Source of the DNA: an uncultured Porphyromonadaceae bacterium
Lineage (GTDB): Bacteria; Bacteroidota; Bacteroidia; Bacteroidales; Muribaculaceae
Assembly (NCBI GenBank): GCA_947176935.1
Contig: CAMWSP010000001.1
Span: 20-64,019 of the forward strand
Length of the DNA stretch: 64,000 bases
Direction: 5' to 3'
In this document: positions 42,485-52,249 of the stretch, in pieces
Numbering within the stretch: position 1 is the first letter of the stretch
Layout: each line of letters starts with the position of its first letter
Notes under the pieces: generated by a model
The model's input: the letters and a program-made list of their open reading frames with translations, nothing else
Told to the model about the DNA's origin: nothing
Database searches by the model: none
Position numbers and translations under genes: made by a program

Positions 42485-45400
42485 TTAATGTTTAATAATC
42501 GAATATTGGATATTTTCGCTTTCGAGCATTTCAATCAGCTGCTTGTTTATCGGAATGGGGCGTTGGGCGGTCAGAGCCACGGCGCGGTTCAGCTTCGGAT
42601 CGAATATGTTCAGGCGCAGTTCGCCCAGGTCCGTGGTGGATGAAGTGGCGTGTTCCTTGAGTATTTCAACGAAGTTGCGGTTGAAATCGGCGGTGCTCAT
42701 GGTCAGTGCCACCCCTCTGACAACCCTGTTCTTGAGGTCATCGAGGCGGGTAATGCTGATTATGTTGAAGCGGGGCTCATCGTTGGCGAACCGGCGCTGA
42801 TATTTGCCAACAACTCGGATAAACTGCCCCGAGGTGCAGTAGCTGTTGAACTGCGAGTAGGTCTGGCCGAACAGGCGCAGCTCGGTGGACCCTGTCAGGT
42901 CTTCGAGTGTCAGAATGCCCCACGGACCGTTTTTGCCGGGGCGCGTCTGGAAGTCGCTGGCCATGCCGCCGAGCTGAATTTCGCGCCCTTCCTCAATAAC
43001 GAAATCTTCGGAGCTATAGTCCTTGATGGAGGTGGTTGCGAACCGCAGTTCCATATAGAACGGGTCGAGCGGGTGGGCCGACAGGTAGCGGCCAACGAGC
43101 TCGCGCTCCTTCGACAGCAGTTCGGAAGTAACCCAGGGCACTGCCGGTTTGATGGCCGGGCGGCCCGAAGTATCCAGCGCCGGGTCGGCGAAGTCGTCAA
43201 ACAGCGATGCCGCCTGCTCCTGGCGGTCGCGCTGGTAGAGCTGACCGTAGCGCACCAGCTGCTCGGCAAAGTTTTCGTCTTTGGAATTGACCTGGAAGAA
43301 GTCCTCGCGCTTGATTTCGTCGCTGAAGCAGTCGAACGCGCCGGCCATGGCGAAGCTTTCAATGGTGCGCCGGTTGATGCCGCAGGTCGAAGGCACGCGT
43401 TCTATGAAGTCATGGATGCCGGTGAACGGCCCGTTGGCCTTGCGCTCTTCAATAATGGCGTTCACAATGCCTTCGCCGATGCCCTTGATGGCGGCCAGAC
43501 CGTAGCGGATGTCGCCTTTGGAGTTCACACCGAAGTTCGAGAACGATTCATTTACGTCGGGGCCTTTAACCTTGATTTTCATGCGCGTGCACTCGTCCAT
43601 GAAGCCCGAGAGCTTGTCGCCCATGTTGCGGCTCAGAACCGCCGCCATATACTCAGCCGGGAAGTTGGCTTTGAGATATGCCGTTTGGAAGGCCACCCAG
43701 GAATAGCATGTGGCGTGGCTCTTGTTGAATGCGTATGACGCGAATTTTTCCCAGTCCTTCCATATTTTTTCGAGCACTTCGGGCTTATGGCCGTTGGCCT
43801 GACCGCCTTCGAGGAATTTCCCCTTGAGGTGGTTCATCTTGTCGATGAGCTTCTTACCCATGGCTTTGCGCAGGGTGTCGCTCTCGCCGCGGGTGAAGTT
43901 GGCCAGCAGGCGCGACAGCAGCATGACCTGTTCCTGATAAACCGTAACCCCGTAGGTGTCCTTCAGGTACTTCTCCATCTCCGGAATGTCGTAGGTAATG
44001 GGGCTGCGGCCATGTTTGCGGTTAATGAAGTCAGGAATGTAGTCCATCGGGCCCGGGCGATATAGGGCGTTCATGGCAATAAGGTCCTCGAAGGTCGAGG
44101 GCTGCAGCTCGCGCAGATATTTCTGCATGCCGGCCGATTCGAACTGGAAGGTGCCAACGGTGCGCCCTTCGCTGTATAGCTTATAGGTGGCGGGGTCGGT
44201 GATGTCGATTGTGTCGATGTCGAGGTCTATTCCGCGGGTATTCTTGATGTTGGCCAGAGCGTCTTTTATGATGCTGAGCGTCTTGAGCCCGAGAAAGTCC
44301 ATCTTAATCAGGCCGGTGTCTTCAATGACCGAGCCTTCATATTGCGTAACCAGCATTTTCTGGTTAGTATCCTTATCGTAGGCCACGCTCAGGGGCACCC
44401 AGTCGCTGACGGCGTCGCGGCATATAATAACGCCGCAGGCGTGCACGCCCGTGTTGCGCACGTTGCCTTCGAGCTGCAGGGCATATTTTAAGGTGTCGCG
44501 CACCAGCGGGTTCGGGCTCTGGAGCTCCGGCGCGAATTCGGGAACATGGTCGTAGCAGTTTTTCAGCGTACACTTCAGTTCCTTGCCGTTCACTTCGGGC
44601 ATGCGCTTCGGAACCAGATTGGCCAGGCGGTTGCTTTCGGGCAGCGGCAGCTGCTCTACGCGGGCCACATCCTTAATCGCGCTCTTTGCGGCCATGGTGC
44701 CGTAGGTTATGATGCGGGCAACCTTTTCGGCGCCATATTTTTCGGTAACGTAGGCCAGAACGTCGCTTCGGCCGTCGTCGTCGAAGTCAATGTCTATATC
44801 AGGCAGCGATATGCGGTCAGGATTCAGGAAGCGTTCAAACAGCAGGTCGTATTTAATAGGGTCAATCTGCGTGATGTCCAGGCAGTAGGCCACCGCGCTG
44901 CCGGCCGCCGAGCCACGGCCCGGACCTATGCTCACTCCGCGCGCTCTGCCTGCGGCTATAAAGTCCTGCACAATGAGGAAGTAGCCCGGGAACCCCATAT
45001 TCTTAATGGTGTCCAGCTCGAAGTCTATGCGCTCTATTTGCTCCTCGGTGAGCGTTTCGCCCCAGCGGCGGTGAGCGCCGACGTAGGTCAGGTGTCGCAG
45101 GTAGTCGTCGTTGTCGGTAAATCCTTCGGGCAGCGGGAAGTTGGGCAGAATCGGCTTGTGGTCAATGGAATATGTCTCAACCTTGTTGAGAATCTCAAGG
45201 GTATTGCCCAGCGCTTCAGGAATGTCGCCGAAGAGCTTGTTCATCTCCTCGGTGGTTTTCATCCATTCCTGCTTGGTGTAGAGCATTCGCGACGGGTCGG
45301 TCAGAAAGCGGTTGGTCGAAACGCACACCAGGCGGTCGTGGGCCTCGGCATCTGATTCGTTAACGAAGTGAACGTCGTTCGTGGCAATCAGCTTTATTCC

Positions 45401-46054
45401 GTGTTTGCGCGAAAATTCTATCAGAACTTCGTTGACTCTCTGCTGCTCCGGATAGGCTTCATGGTTGGCGTTGGGAACCGTGGCCTTATGGCGCTGCAGC
45501 TCCAGGTAGTAGTCCTCGCCGAAGGTTTCCTTATACCATAGCACCTGCTTCTCGGCCTCGTCAATCTGGCCTGCGCGAATCAGGCGCGGAATTTCGCCGC
45601 CCAGACAGGCCGAGCATATAATCAGGCCCTCCTTGTGGGCCGCCAGCTCCGATTTGTCGGTTCGCGGATGGTGGTAGAAGCCGTCGGTCCATGCGCGCGA
45701 AACCACCTTTATAAGATTATGGTATCCCTGTTCGTTCTTTGCCAGCGCAATGAGGTGGCGTCCCTTGTCGGTTTTGTCGTTGCGGTCCTCCAGCGAGCCG
45801 TTGGCAACGTAGAGTTCGCAGCCGAAAATCGGCTTAAACGGCTCCAGCCCCTCGTCTTTGCGCTTGGAGTTGATTTTGTTGACGTAGTTGAAATACTCCT
45901 TGATGCCAAACATATTGCCGTGGTCGGTTATGGCCAGGCCGGGCATGCCGTCGGCTATCGCTTTGTCGACCAACCCTTTGATGGAGGCCTGGCCGTCGAG
46001 AACGGAGTATTGCGTGTGAACGTGCAGATGAACGAAGGGTTCCATAACTCCCAC
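42485..46054 (-). CDS. dnaE: DNA polymerase III subunit alpha
   Basis: PHP domain start FVHLHVHTQYSVLDG and polymerase core (GVHACGVII, FLGLKTL, YQEQVM). Confidence 0.95.
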   Translation of the reverse strand: MGVMEPFVHLHVHTQYSVLDGQASIKGLVDKAIADGMPGLAITDHGNMFGIKEYFNYVNKINSKRKDEGLEPFKPIFGCELYVANGSLEDRNDKTDKGRHLIALAKNEQGYHNLIKVVSRAWTDGFYHHPRTDKSELAAHKEGLIICSACLGGEIPRLIRAGQIDEAEKQVLWYKETFGEDYYLELQRHKATVPNANHEAYPEQQRVNEVLIEFSRKHGIKLIATNDVHFVNESDAEAHDRLVCVSTNRFLTDPSRMLYTKQEWMKTTEEMNKLFGDIPEALGNTLEILNKVETYSIDHKPILPNFPLPEGFTDNDDYLRHLTYVGAHRRWGETLTEEQIERIDFELDTIKNMGFPGYFLIVQDFIAAGRARGVSIGPGRGSAAGSAVAYCLDITQIDPIKYDLLFERFLNPDRISLPDIDIDFDDDGRSDVLAYVTEKYGAEKVARIITYGTMAAKSAIKDVARVEQLPLPESNRLANLVPKRMPEVNGKELKCTLKNCYDHVPEFAPELQSPNPLVRDTLKYALQLEGNVRNTGVHACGVIICRDAVSDWVPLSVAYDKDTNQKMLVTQYEGSVIEDTGLIKMDFLGLKTLSIIKDALANIKNTRGIDLDIDTIDITDPATYKLYSEGRTVGTFQFESAGMQKYLRELQPSTFEDLIAMNALYRPGPMDYIPDFINRKHGRSPITYDIPEMEKYLKDTYGVTVYQEQVMLLSRLLANFTRGESDTLRKAMGKKLIDKMNHLKGKFLEGGQANGHKPEVLEKIWKDWEKFASYAFNKSHATCYSWVAFQTAYLKANFPAEYMAAVLSRNMGDKLSGFMDECTRMKIKVKGPDVNESFSNFGVNSKGDIRYGLAAIKGIGEGIVNAIIEERKANGPFTGIHDFIERVPSTCGINRRTIESFAMAGAFDCFSDEIKREDFFQVNSKDENFAEQLVRYGQLYQRDRQEQAASLFDDFADPALDTSGRPAIKPAVPWVTSELLSKERELVGRYLSAHPLDPFYMELRFATTSIKDYSSEDFVIEEGREIQLGGMASDFQTRPGKNGPWGILTLEDLTGSTELRLFGQTYSQFNSYCTSGQFIRVVGKYQRRFANDEPRFNIISITRLDDLKNRVVRGVALTMSTADFNRNFVEILKEHATSSTTDLGELRLNIFDPKLNRAVALTAQRPIPINKQLIEMLESENIQYSIIKH

Positions 46055-46062
46055 AAAGGTAC

Positions 46063-46070
46063 GAAAAATC
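46063..46070 (-). promoter_or_regulatory. -7 box TACCTTTG upstream of dnaE
   Basis: caaaggta on the plus strand, 8 nt from ATG 46054. Confidence 0.45.
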
Positions 46071-46153
46071 CCTTAACCGCCAAAATTCTCCCTCTCAAAA
46101 TTTTTTATCCGTTCGTTGTCGGAAGTAAATTTCGGATTGTCGGAAAATTTTCT

Positions 46154-46161
46154 TAACTTTG
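46154..46161 (+). promoter_or_regulatory. -7 box TAACTTTG upstream of pldA
   Basis: 34 nt before ATG 46196. Confidence 0.5.
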
Positions 46162-46195
46162 TGGGCGGTAAAAGTTTCACGTTTCGAACCGCACT

Positions 46196-47050
46196 ATGTT
46201 TCGTCGCATTTTATTTCTTTTCATAACCATAATTTTACTGGGCTTTTCCGCCCGCGGGCAAATCATTTCCCGCAGCGATTCGCTGGCCACCTTCGACGCC
46301 GATTCCCTGCGTCGGGCGTTCGACTCCGGCCCCTACTTCACGTTCTATAAGGATAACTATTTCATAGTCGGAACGGCGCTCGGCCCGAAACCGACCAAAT
46401 ATAACTCCAACGTCAAATTCCAGATTTCCATTCAGCAGAAGCTCACCCGCTCAACCCTGCCCTGGAACACCTATCTTTATCTCTTCTACACCCAGAAATG
46501 CTTCTGGGACGTTTTTCGCAACTCGATGCCCATGACCGACTTGAACTTCAATCCCGGCATCGGCATCGCAAAGCCGTTCTTCTCTACCGTCACCGGCCGC
46601 TACGTTGGCAAAGCCTTCCTGGTTCTGGAGCATGAAAGCAACGGCCGCGACGGCGACGCATCCCGCTCATGGAACAAAATCAGCTTCGGCGGCAATATCT
46701 ACATTGACCAGAACCTGATGGTCTCGACCAAATTCTGGATTCCCATCATCGACGGCGGCAACAACAAGGATATTCTCAAATATAACGGCATATTCCAGAC
46801 CTCGGTCGACTATATGACCAACAATCGCCGCTTCGGCGCTTCCGTGCTCCTGGTCAAGCGTCAGGACTGGAATCCATTTAACTGGAACGTGCAGCTCGAC
46901 TTGAAGTTTCGCGTGTTCCCCAAAGATAACCAATACCTGTTCCTGCAATACTATAGCGGCTACGGCGAAGGTCTGCTCGCTTTTCGCGAATATCACTCTC
47001 AAATCAGATTGGGAATCTGTTTGAGCCCGACTTTCTTCGGCGAATACTAA
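46196..47050 (+). CDS. pldA: outer membrane phospholipase A
   Basis: Signal peptide and beta-barrel pattern with the catalytic motif LVLEHESNGRDG. Confidence 0.75.
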   Translation: MFRRILFLFITIILLGFSARGQIISRSDSLATFDADSLRRAFDSGPYFTFYKDNYFIVGTALGPKPTKYNSNVKFQISIQQKLTRSTLPWNTYLYLFYTQKCFWDVFRNSMPMTDLNFNPGIGIAKPFFSTVTGRYVGKAFLVLEHESNGRDGDASRSWNKISFGGNIYIDQNLMVSTKFWIPIIDGGNNKDILKYNGIFQTSVDYMTNNRRFGASVLLVKRQDWNPFNWNVQLDLKFRVFPKDNQYLFLQYYSGYGEGLLAFREYHSQIRLGICLSPTFFGEY

Positions 47051-47107
47051 TCCGTTAAATCTTTGTTGCAAACCTGTACGTTTTTTGCCCGTTTCGGGTG
47101 CAATGGG

Positions 47108-47115
47108 TAACTTTG
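47108..47115 (+). promoter_or_regulatory. -7 box TAACTTTG upstream of the 47124 ORF/lpxB pair
   Basis: 8 nt before ATG 47124. Confidence 0.45.
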
Positions 47116-47123
47116 CATTCGAA

Positions 47124-48038
47124 ATGACAACTACTAAAAAAATACTGCTCTCGCTGCTGATAATCGTTCTGATTTGTGTCGGCGTTTATGGATATTCGGT
47201 GTGGCAGCTTTCGCGCCTCAACACCTCCTACCGCTTCATGGAAACCAAAGGCAACCTCATCGCTTCGTTTACTTGCAATGAAGAAAACAGCGTTGTCCAG
47301 CCCACCGGAAACACCGTTTATCTCGACCTTGGCTCCCGCCACTCGTTTATTTCAAACGACGACGCTTTGAAGCTGCGCGAACTGGGTTACCCCGTTGAAT
47401 TCCACAACACCTTGCTCATAACTACCGACTGGGTTGGCCGCTATCGCCTGTTCACCAAAATCGCGCGTCTCGACGTAACGTTCATTAACCCGCAGCTGCC
47501 CGATTCAACTTTCGTTATCCACGATGTCGACCTGATTGTTCTGCCCGACGGCAGCCCCAACATCCTGGGCATGGATCTGCTATCTAATTTCGTTATCGAG
47601 CGCCTGCTGCCCGAAAATGTGGTTAATTTCTACAAGCAGGTGCCTCCCGGCTACACCACCGTATCGCGCCTGAAAATCTACGACATGGGCAACACCGGCA
47701 CCACCGGCCGCGCCGCCATCTCTCTGGTGGTGAACGACGAAGACCCCCACGATTACTACCTGACCACCGGCCGCTCAATGTCGCAACACGAACTGGTGCA
47801 GCCCTACAACAACGTCCACACCGCCACCAGCCGCGTCGACAAAGACCCCAAAACCGGACTCTATACCCAGCGCCGCTGCCGCGTGAACTTCGGCGACCGC
47901 CTGCGCTACTCCAACGTCGTCTACGCCGACACAATCCACACCGACAAATACTCAATCAACCCGCTCAGGTTCTTCGACCAGGATTTTGTGCTTGACATGC
48001 CGGGCCGGCGGCTCTTGGTCCACAAAACACGCGAATGA
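47124..48038 (+). CDS. membrane-anchored hypothetical protein, weak retropepsin-like features
   Basis: Start at ATG 47124 follows a TAACTTTG box (47108-47115). N-terminal TM helix. YLDLGSRHSFI and PNILGMDLLSNFVIE resemble the two conserved strands of clan-AA aspartyl proteases, but D-T/S-G is replaced by D-L-G. Confidence 0.3.
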   Translation: MTTTKKILLSLLIIVLICVGVYGYSVWQLSRLNTSYRFMETKGNLIASFTCNEENSVVQPTGNTVYLDLGSRHSFISNDDALKLRELGYPVEFHNTLLITTDWVGRYRLFTKIARLDVTFINPQLPDSTFVIHDVDLIVLPDGSPNILGMDLLSNFVIERLLPENVVNFYKQVPPGYTTVSRLKIYDMGNTGTTGRAAISLVVNDEDPHDYYLTTGRSMSQHELVQPYNNVHTATSRVDKDPKTGLYTQRRCRVNFGDRLRYSNVVYADTIHTDKYSINPLRFFDQDFVLDMPGRRLLVHKTRE

Positions 48039-49165
48039 CCATCATGCTTTGCGCCGGCGAAGCCTCCGGCGACCTCCACGCATCCGAACTCATACGTGCA
48101 ATCCGCGCCCAAAGCCCGGATTGCAAATTTATTTTTCTCGGTGGTGATCTGATGGCCCTGGCCGCTGGCTGTCAGCCTGCCATTCACTATCGCGATATGG
48201 CCTTTATGGGCTTCGCCGACGTCGTGGCCCATCTGCCGCAGGTCACTCATAATCTCAACGTGGCCCGCTCGCTGCTGCGCCATCGCCGCCCCGACGCGCT
48301 CGTGCTGGTCGACTATCCGTCGTTCAATCTCCGCATCGGAGCCGAGGCCGTCAGCCTGGGCATTCCCGTCTACTACTACATCGCCCCCAAAGTCTGGGCC
48401 TGGAAGGAACATCGCACCAAAACCATTGCCCGCCAGTGCCGCCGCGTGTTCGGCATCTTCCCCTTCGAACCCGAGTTTTTCCGCTCCCACGGCTATGACC
48501 GCTGCACCTATGTAGGCAATCCGTCGGTCGATGAAATAGACCGCCGCCTGGCCGAGGCGCCCTCGCTCAACGAGTTCCGCCGGCGGCATTCGCTTCCCCC
48601 TAAACCCATAATCGCCATAGTCCCCGGTTCGCGCATCGGCGAAATCAAACGCAACATGCCTCTTATGCTCGAAGCCGCGCGGGTGCTCCGCTCCAAATTC
48701 CAGGCCGTCATTGCCGGCGCTCCCGGAGTTGACCGCTCGGTCTATGACTGTGGCGACGTCCCGCTGATTTTCGGAGCGACCACCGACCTGATGAAAGTCG
48801 CCACCGGCGCCATCGTAACCTCTGGCACCGCCTCCCTCGAAGCCGCCCTGGCCAACGTTCCGCAAGTCGTCTGCTATCGCCACACAGGCTCGCGTATGCT
48901 CTACGCCATAATGTCCAACGTGCTCAAAGTGCCGTTCGTCAGCCTCCCCAACCTGATTGTGCGCCGCAAAGTCGTGCCCGAACTGCTGCTGCATCAGTGC
49001 ACACCAATCGAAATCCTCCGCCACCTCATCAATGTACTCCCCGGCCATGCCGGCCATCAGGCCCAGCTGCAGGGCTACGCCGACATCCGCCGCGCCCTCG
49101 GCACCAACCACGCCGCCCCAACCGCCGCCCGCCTCCTCCTCTCCGACCTCCGTGGTCAGAAGTAA
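48035..49165 (+). CDS. lpxB: lipid-A-disaccharide synthase
   Basis: MLCAGEASGDLHASELIRAI..., DYPSFNLRI, TSGTASLEAAL. Confidence 0.9.
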   Translation: MTIMLCAGEASGDLHASELIRAIRAQSPDCKFIFLGGDLMALAAGCQPAIHYRDMAFMGFADVVAHLPQVTHNLNVARSLLRHRRPDALVLVDYPSFNLRIGAEAVSLGIPVYYYIAPKVWAWKEHRTKTIARQCRRVFGIFPFEPEFFRSHGYDRCTYVGNPSVDEIDRRLAEAPSLNEFRRRHSLPPKPIIAIVPGSRIGEIKRNMPLMLEAARVLRSKFQAVIAGAPGVDRSVYDCGDVPLIFGATTDLMKVATGAIVTSGTASLEAALANVPQVVCYRHTGSRMLYAIMSNVLKVPFVSLPNLIVRRKVVPELLLHQCTPIEILRHLINVLPGHAGHQAQLQGYADIRRALGTNHAAPTAARLLLSDLRGQK

Positions 49166-49213
49166 TCATTGCAGCGCAAGCTAAAACGGTTAAAAATCTC
49201 ATTGGCGAATCGC

Positions 49214-49597
49214 TTAGTCGGTGAATTCGATGATAGTGCCGGAAGCGATTGCTTTGCGCTTGATTAACAGCGGAGTGAAATAGGAGTTTTTGTAGCAGAT
49301 GCTAACGTTGATAACTGCGCGCGAGGTGCCCACCAGGTCCGCCTGCTTGTAGAGGTCGGCCATTGCGGCCTGTCCGAGCGATTTTTGCGAGAGGCCGCCG
49401 AAGCCCAGAACGTAGGTCTGCTCTGATTCGGCTGAAACAGTGCCTACGATTCGGTAGTTTGCCTTCTGGAGAATCACTTCGGTTTGGGCGAGGTTGCTGT
49501 TGTGGGTGGCTTCGTGGCTGAAGCCGCAGCTCGTCATGCCGGCCATCGCTGTCAAGGCAGCTCCGGCAACTACTAACTTATACAATGTCTTACGCAT
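49214..49597 (-). CDS. lipoprotein, function unknown
   Basis: 127 aa with a lipobox (MAGMTSCG). Confidence 0.5.
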   Translation of the reverse strand: MRKTLYKLVVAGAALTAMAGMTSCGFSHEATHNSNLAQTEVILQKANYRIVGTVSAESEQTYVLGFGGLSQKSLGQAAMADLYKQADLVGTSRAVINVSICYKNSYFTPLLIKRKAIASGTIIEFTD

Positions 49598-49700
49598 ATA
49601 TGATGAGTTATATTAAAGAACGCCTCTCAAGTATGCTGCCGGAAGGCGCGCCTGAGAGGCTTGTTATCTTGTTAACGTATTGTTAGTCGGTTTTGTGCTG

Positions 49701-49708
49701 CAAAGATA
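49701..49708 (-). promoter_or_regulatory. -7 box TATCTTTG upstream of the lipoprotein gene at 49214-49597
   Basis: caaagata on the plus strand, giving a leader of about 100 nt that contains an 8-bp hairpin (49622-49660). Confidence 0.4.
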
Positions 49709-49803
49709 GGCATTATTTTGCAAAACGCCAAATTTTATTGTTTTAGGACAAAGCTGGTGATGAAAAAAATGGGGTGGGACTTGGGGGTGTTAAGTTTTTT
49801 GCG

Positions 49804-49811
49804 TAAATTTG
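49804..49811 (+). promoter_or_regulatory. -7 box TAAATTTG upstream of the TPR-pyrH-recF gene train
   Basis: 39 nt before ATG 49851. Confidence 0.5.
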
Positions 49812-49850
49812 CACTATTCTTTGAAAACTTTTTTAATCACATATATTTCA

Positions 49851-51536
49851 ATGAACCTCAAGTCTCAGTCGCGCAGCTTATTGCTGCTTGCCGGCGCAGC
49901 CGTTGCCCTTTCCGGCTGCTCCAAAAAACTCGGCCAGATGCAGTCCGAATTTTTCACCACCAATCCTAATCCCCTCGAAGTAGTCGGCCAGAATGTTCCC
50001 GCCACCATCACCGCCCGCATTCCCGCCAAATACTTCGCCAAAAACGCCGAACTTACGGTTACGCCCTATCTCACCTATGCAGGCGGCGAAACCGCATCAA
50101 CTCCCTATTCGTTCCAGGGCGAGAAGGTTCGCGGCAATAACCCTGTTGTCAGCTACGACAATGGTGGCACCGTGACCATTCCCGTGAATTATGTTTATGG
50201 CCCCGAAATGGCTACTTCGCAGCTCGAACTGGCGTTCAACGTTCAGCAGGGCAAAAAAACTTATGTGCTCCCCCGCGTGGCAGTGGCCAATGGCGTAATC
50301 GCCACCGCAGCCATGGCTAACGCCGGAAGCGTTACTCCCGCCATCGCTACCGACAAGTTCCAGCGCATCATTCAGGAAAAGGTCGACGCCGACATTCTCT
50401 TCCTTATCAACCAGGCAAACATCCGCGATAATCAGCTCCGCACCGGCCAGATGACCGGCCTGCAGAACCGCATCAAGGATGCCAGCGCCGACAGCCGCCA
50501 GGAAATCGAAGAAATCAACATTCAGAGCTATGCCTCGCCCGACGGCACCTATGAATTCAACAAAAAGCTCGCCCAGAAGCGCGAAGACGCTACCAAGGGC
50601 TACATGGACCAGCAGCTCAAGGGCGTTAGCTTCGGCCAGCTCACCGCCGACTTTACTCCCGAAGACTGGGAAGGCTTCCGTCGCCTCGTCAGCGAAAGCA
50701 ACATTCAGGACAAAGACCTGATTCTCAGCGTGCTCTCCATGTATTCCGACCCCGAAGAGCGCGAACGCGAAATCCATAACCTCAGCTCCGTATTCGAGCA
50801 GCTTGCCGAAGAAATCCTTCCGAAGCTCCGCTATAGCCGCATCAGCGCCAAAATCAACGTTATCGGCAAGAGCGACGAAGAAATCGCCCAGGCTTTCGCC
50901 TCGAACCCCTCCAGCCTTTCGGTTGACGAAATCCTCTACTATGCCGCTCTGACCGACAACGCCGAAAAGCGTGCCGAAATCTATTCCGCAGCAGCCGAAC
51001 TCTATCCCACCGACTATCGCACCTACAACAACCTCGGCATGGCTCAGTATCAGCTCGGCGACTACGATGCCGCTCGCGCCAGCTTCGCTCAGGCTGCACG
51101 CCTGGCTCCCGCATCGGCCGAACCTCAGATGAACCTGGGTCTGACCTCGCTCAACTCCGGCAACTTCTCCGACGCCCAGAGCCGATTCGGCAATGCCGCC
51201 GGCGTTCCCGAGCTGAATGAAGCCCTAGGCGTTTACTACCTGAAGCAGGGCGACAACGCTGCCGCTGCCCGCGCAATGCAGGGCGTTAACTCCAACAATG
51301 CCGCTCTGGCCCAGATTCTGACAAAGGACTATTCCGCAGCCAAAAAGACTCTCGCAGCCATTGCCGCTCCCGATGCCACCACCTACTACCTGATGGCGGT
51401 TCTCGGCGCCCGCACCAACAACGAAGCCATGCTGGCCAACAGCCTGCGTCAGGCCGTGAAACTCGATCCCTCGATGGCTGCCAAGGCTGCTTCCGACCTC
51501 GAATTCAAACGCTTTAACCTCTCTTCCGTACTCTGA
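49851..51536 (+). CDS. TPR-repeat lipoprotein
   Basis: Start at ATG 49851 (MNLKSQSRSLLLLAGAAVALSGC lipobox) follows a TAAATTTG box. C-terminal TPR-like repeats (YRTYNNLGMAQYQLGDYDAARASFAQAARLAP...). Confidence 0.6.
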   Translation: MNLKSQSRSLLLLAGAAVALSGCSKKLGQMQSEFFTTNPNPLEVVGQNVPATITARIPAKYFAKNAELTVTPYLTYAGGETASTPYSFQGEKVRGNNPVVSYDNGGTVTIPVNYVYGPEMATSQLELAFNVQQGKKTYVLPRVAVANGVIATAAMANAGSVTPAIATDKFQRIIQEKVDADILFLINQANIRDNQLRTGQMTGLQNRIKDASADSRQEIEEINIQSYASPDGTYEFNKKLAQKREDATKGYMDQQLKGVSFGQLTADFTPEDWEGFRRLVSESNIQDKDLILSVLSMYSDPEEREREIHNLSSVFEQLAEEILPKLRYSRISAKINVIGKSDEEIAQAFASNPSSLSVDEILYYAALTDNAEKRAEIYSAAAELYPTDYRTYNNLGMAQYQLGDYDAARASFAQAARLAPASAEPQMNLGLTSLNSGNFSDAQSRFGNAAGVPELNEALGVYYLKQGDNAAAARAMQGVNSNNAALAQILTKDYSAAKKTLAAIAAPDATTYYLMAVLGARTNNEAMLANSLRQAVKLDPSMAAKAASDLEFKRFNLSSVL

Positions 51537-52249
51537 TGCGTAAATTCCAGCGCGTTCTGCTTAAACTGAGCGGCGAAAGTCTCGCCGCTCAGCAAAAGCA
51601 GGGCATCGATTCAACCCGCCTCAGCCAATATGCAACTCAAATCAAGGCTGCCGTTGACTCCGGTCTGCAGGTGGCAATAGTTATTGGCGGCGGCAATATT
51701 TTCCGCGGACTCCAGGGCGCATCGCGCGGTTTCGACCGCGTCAAGGGCGACCAGATGGGCATGCTCGCAACCGTTATCAACTCGCTGGCGCTGAGCTCGG
51801 CGCTCGAAGCTATCGGCCAGCCGGCCGACGTTTTCACCGCCATTGCCATGCACCCCATAGGCGAGCACTATAGCAAGTGGAAAGCCATCCGTGCCATGGA
51901 GGCAGGCCGTGTGGCCATAATTTCCTGCGGCACCGGCAATCCTTTCTTCACCACGGACACCGGCTCCGCCCTGCGCGGAATCGAAGTCGAGGCCGACGTT
52001 ATGCTCAAAGGCACCCGTGTCGACGGCATCTACACCGCCGACCCTGAAAAAGACCCCACGGCCACAAAGTTCGACCGAATCACCTACGACGAAGTGCTTG
52101 CCCGTGGCCTCAAGGTTATGGACATCACCGCAACAGCTCTCTGCAAGGAAAACAAACTCCCCATAATCGTTTTCGACATGGACACTCCCGGCAACCTCGA
52201 CAAAGTGCTCGCCGGTGAGCCCATCGGAACCTACGTCTACGAAGGCTGA
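51536..52249 (+). CDS. pyrH: UMP kinase
   Basis: RVLLKLSGESL, VIGGGNIFRG, GNPFFTTDT. Confidence 0.95.
   Translation: MRKFQRVLLKLSGESLAAQQKQGIDSTRLSQYATQIKAAVDSGLQVAIVIGGGNIFRGLQGASRGFDRVKGDQMGMLATVINSLALSSALEAIGQPADVFTAIAMHPIGEHYSKWKAIRAMEAGRVAIISCGTGNPFFTTDTGSALRGIEVEADVMLKGTRVDGIYTADPEKDPTATKFDRITYDEVLARGLKVMDITATALCKENKLPIIVFDMDTPGNLDKVLAGEPIGTYVYEG

Noticed and set aside
46170-46195. T-loop-like GGTTCGAA (reverse complement of ttcgaacc) in the dnaE-pldA spacer, which suggested a tRNA.
   Set aside because: The flanking bases do not form a T-stem, and no acceptor or anticodon arms can be drawn. No other intergenic region shows tRNA features.
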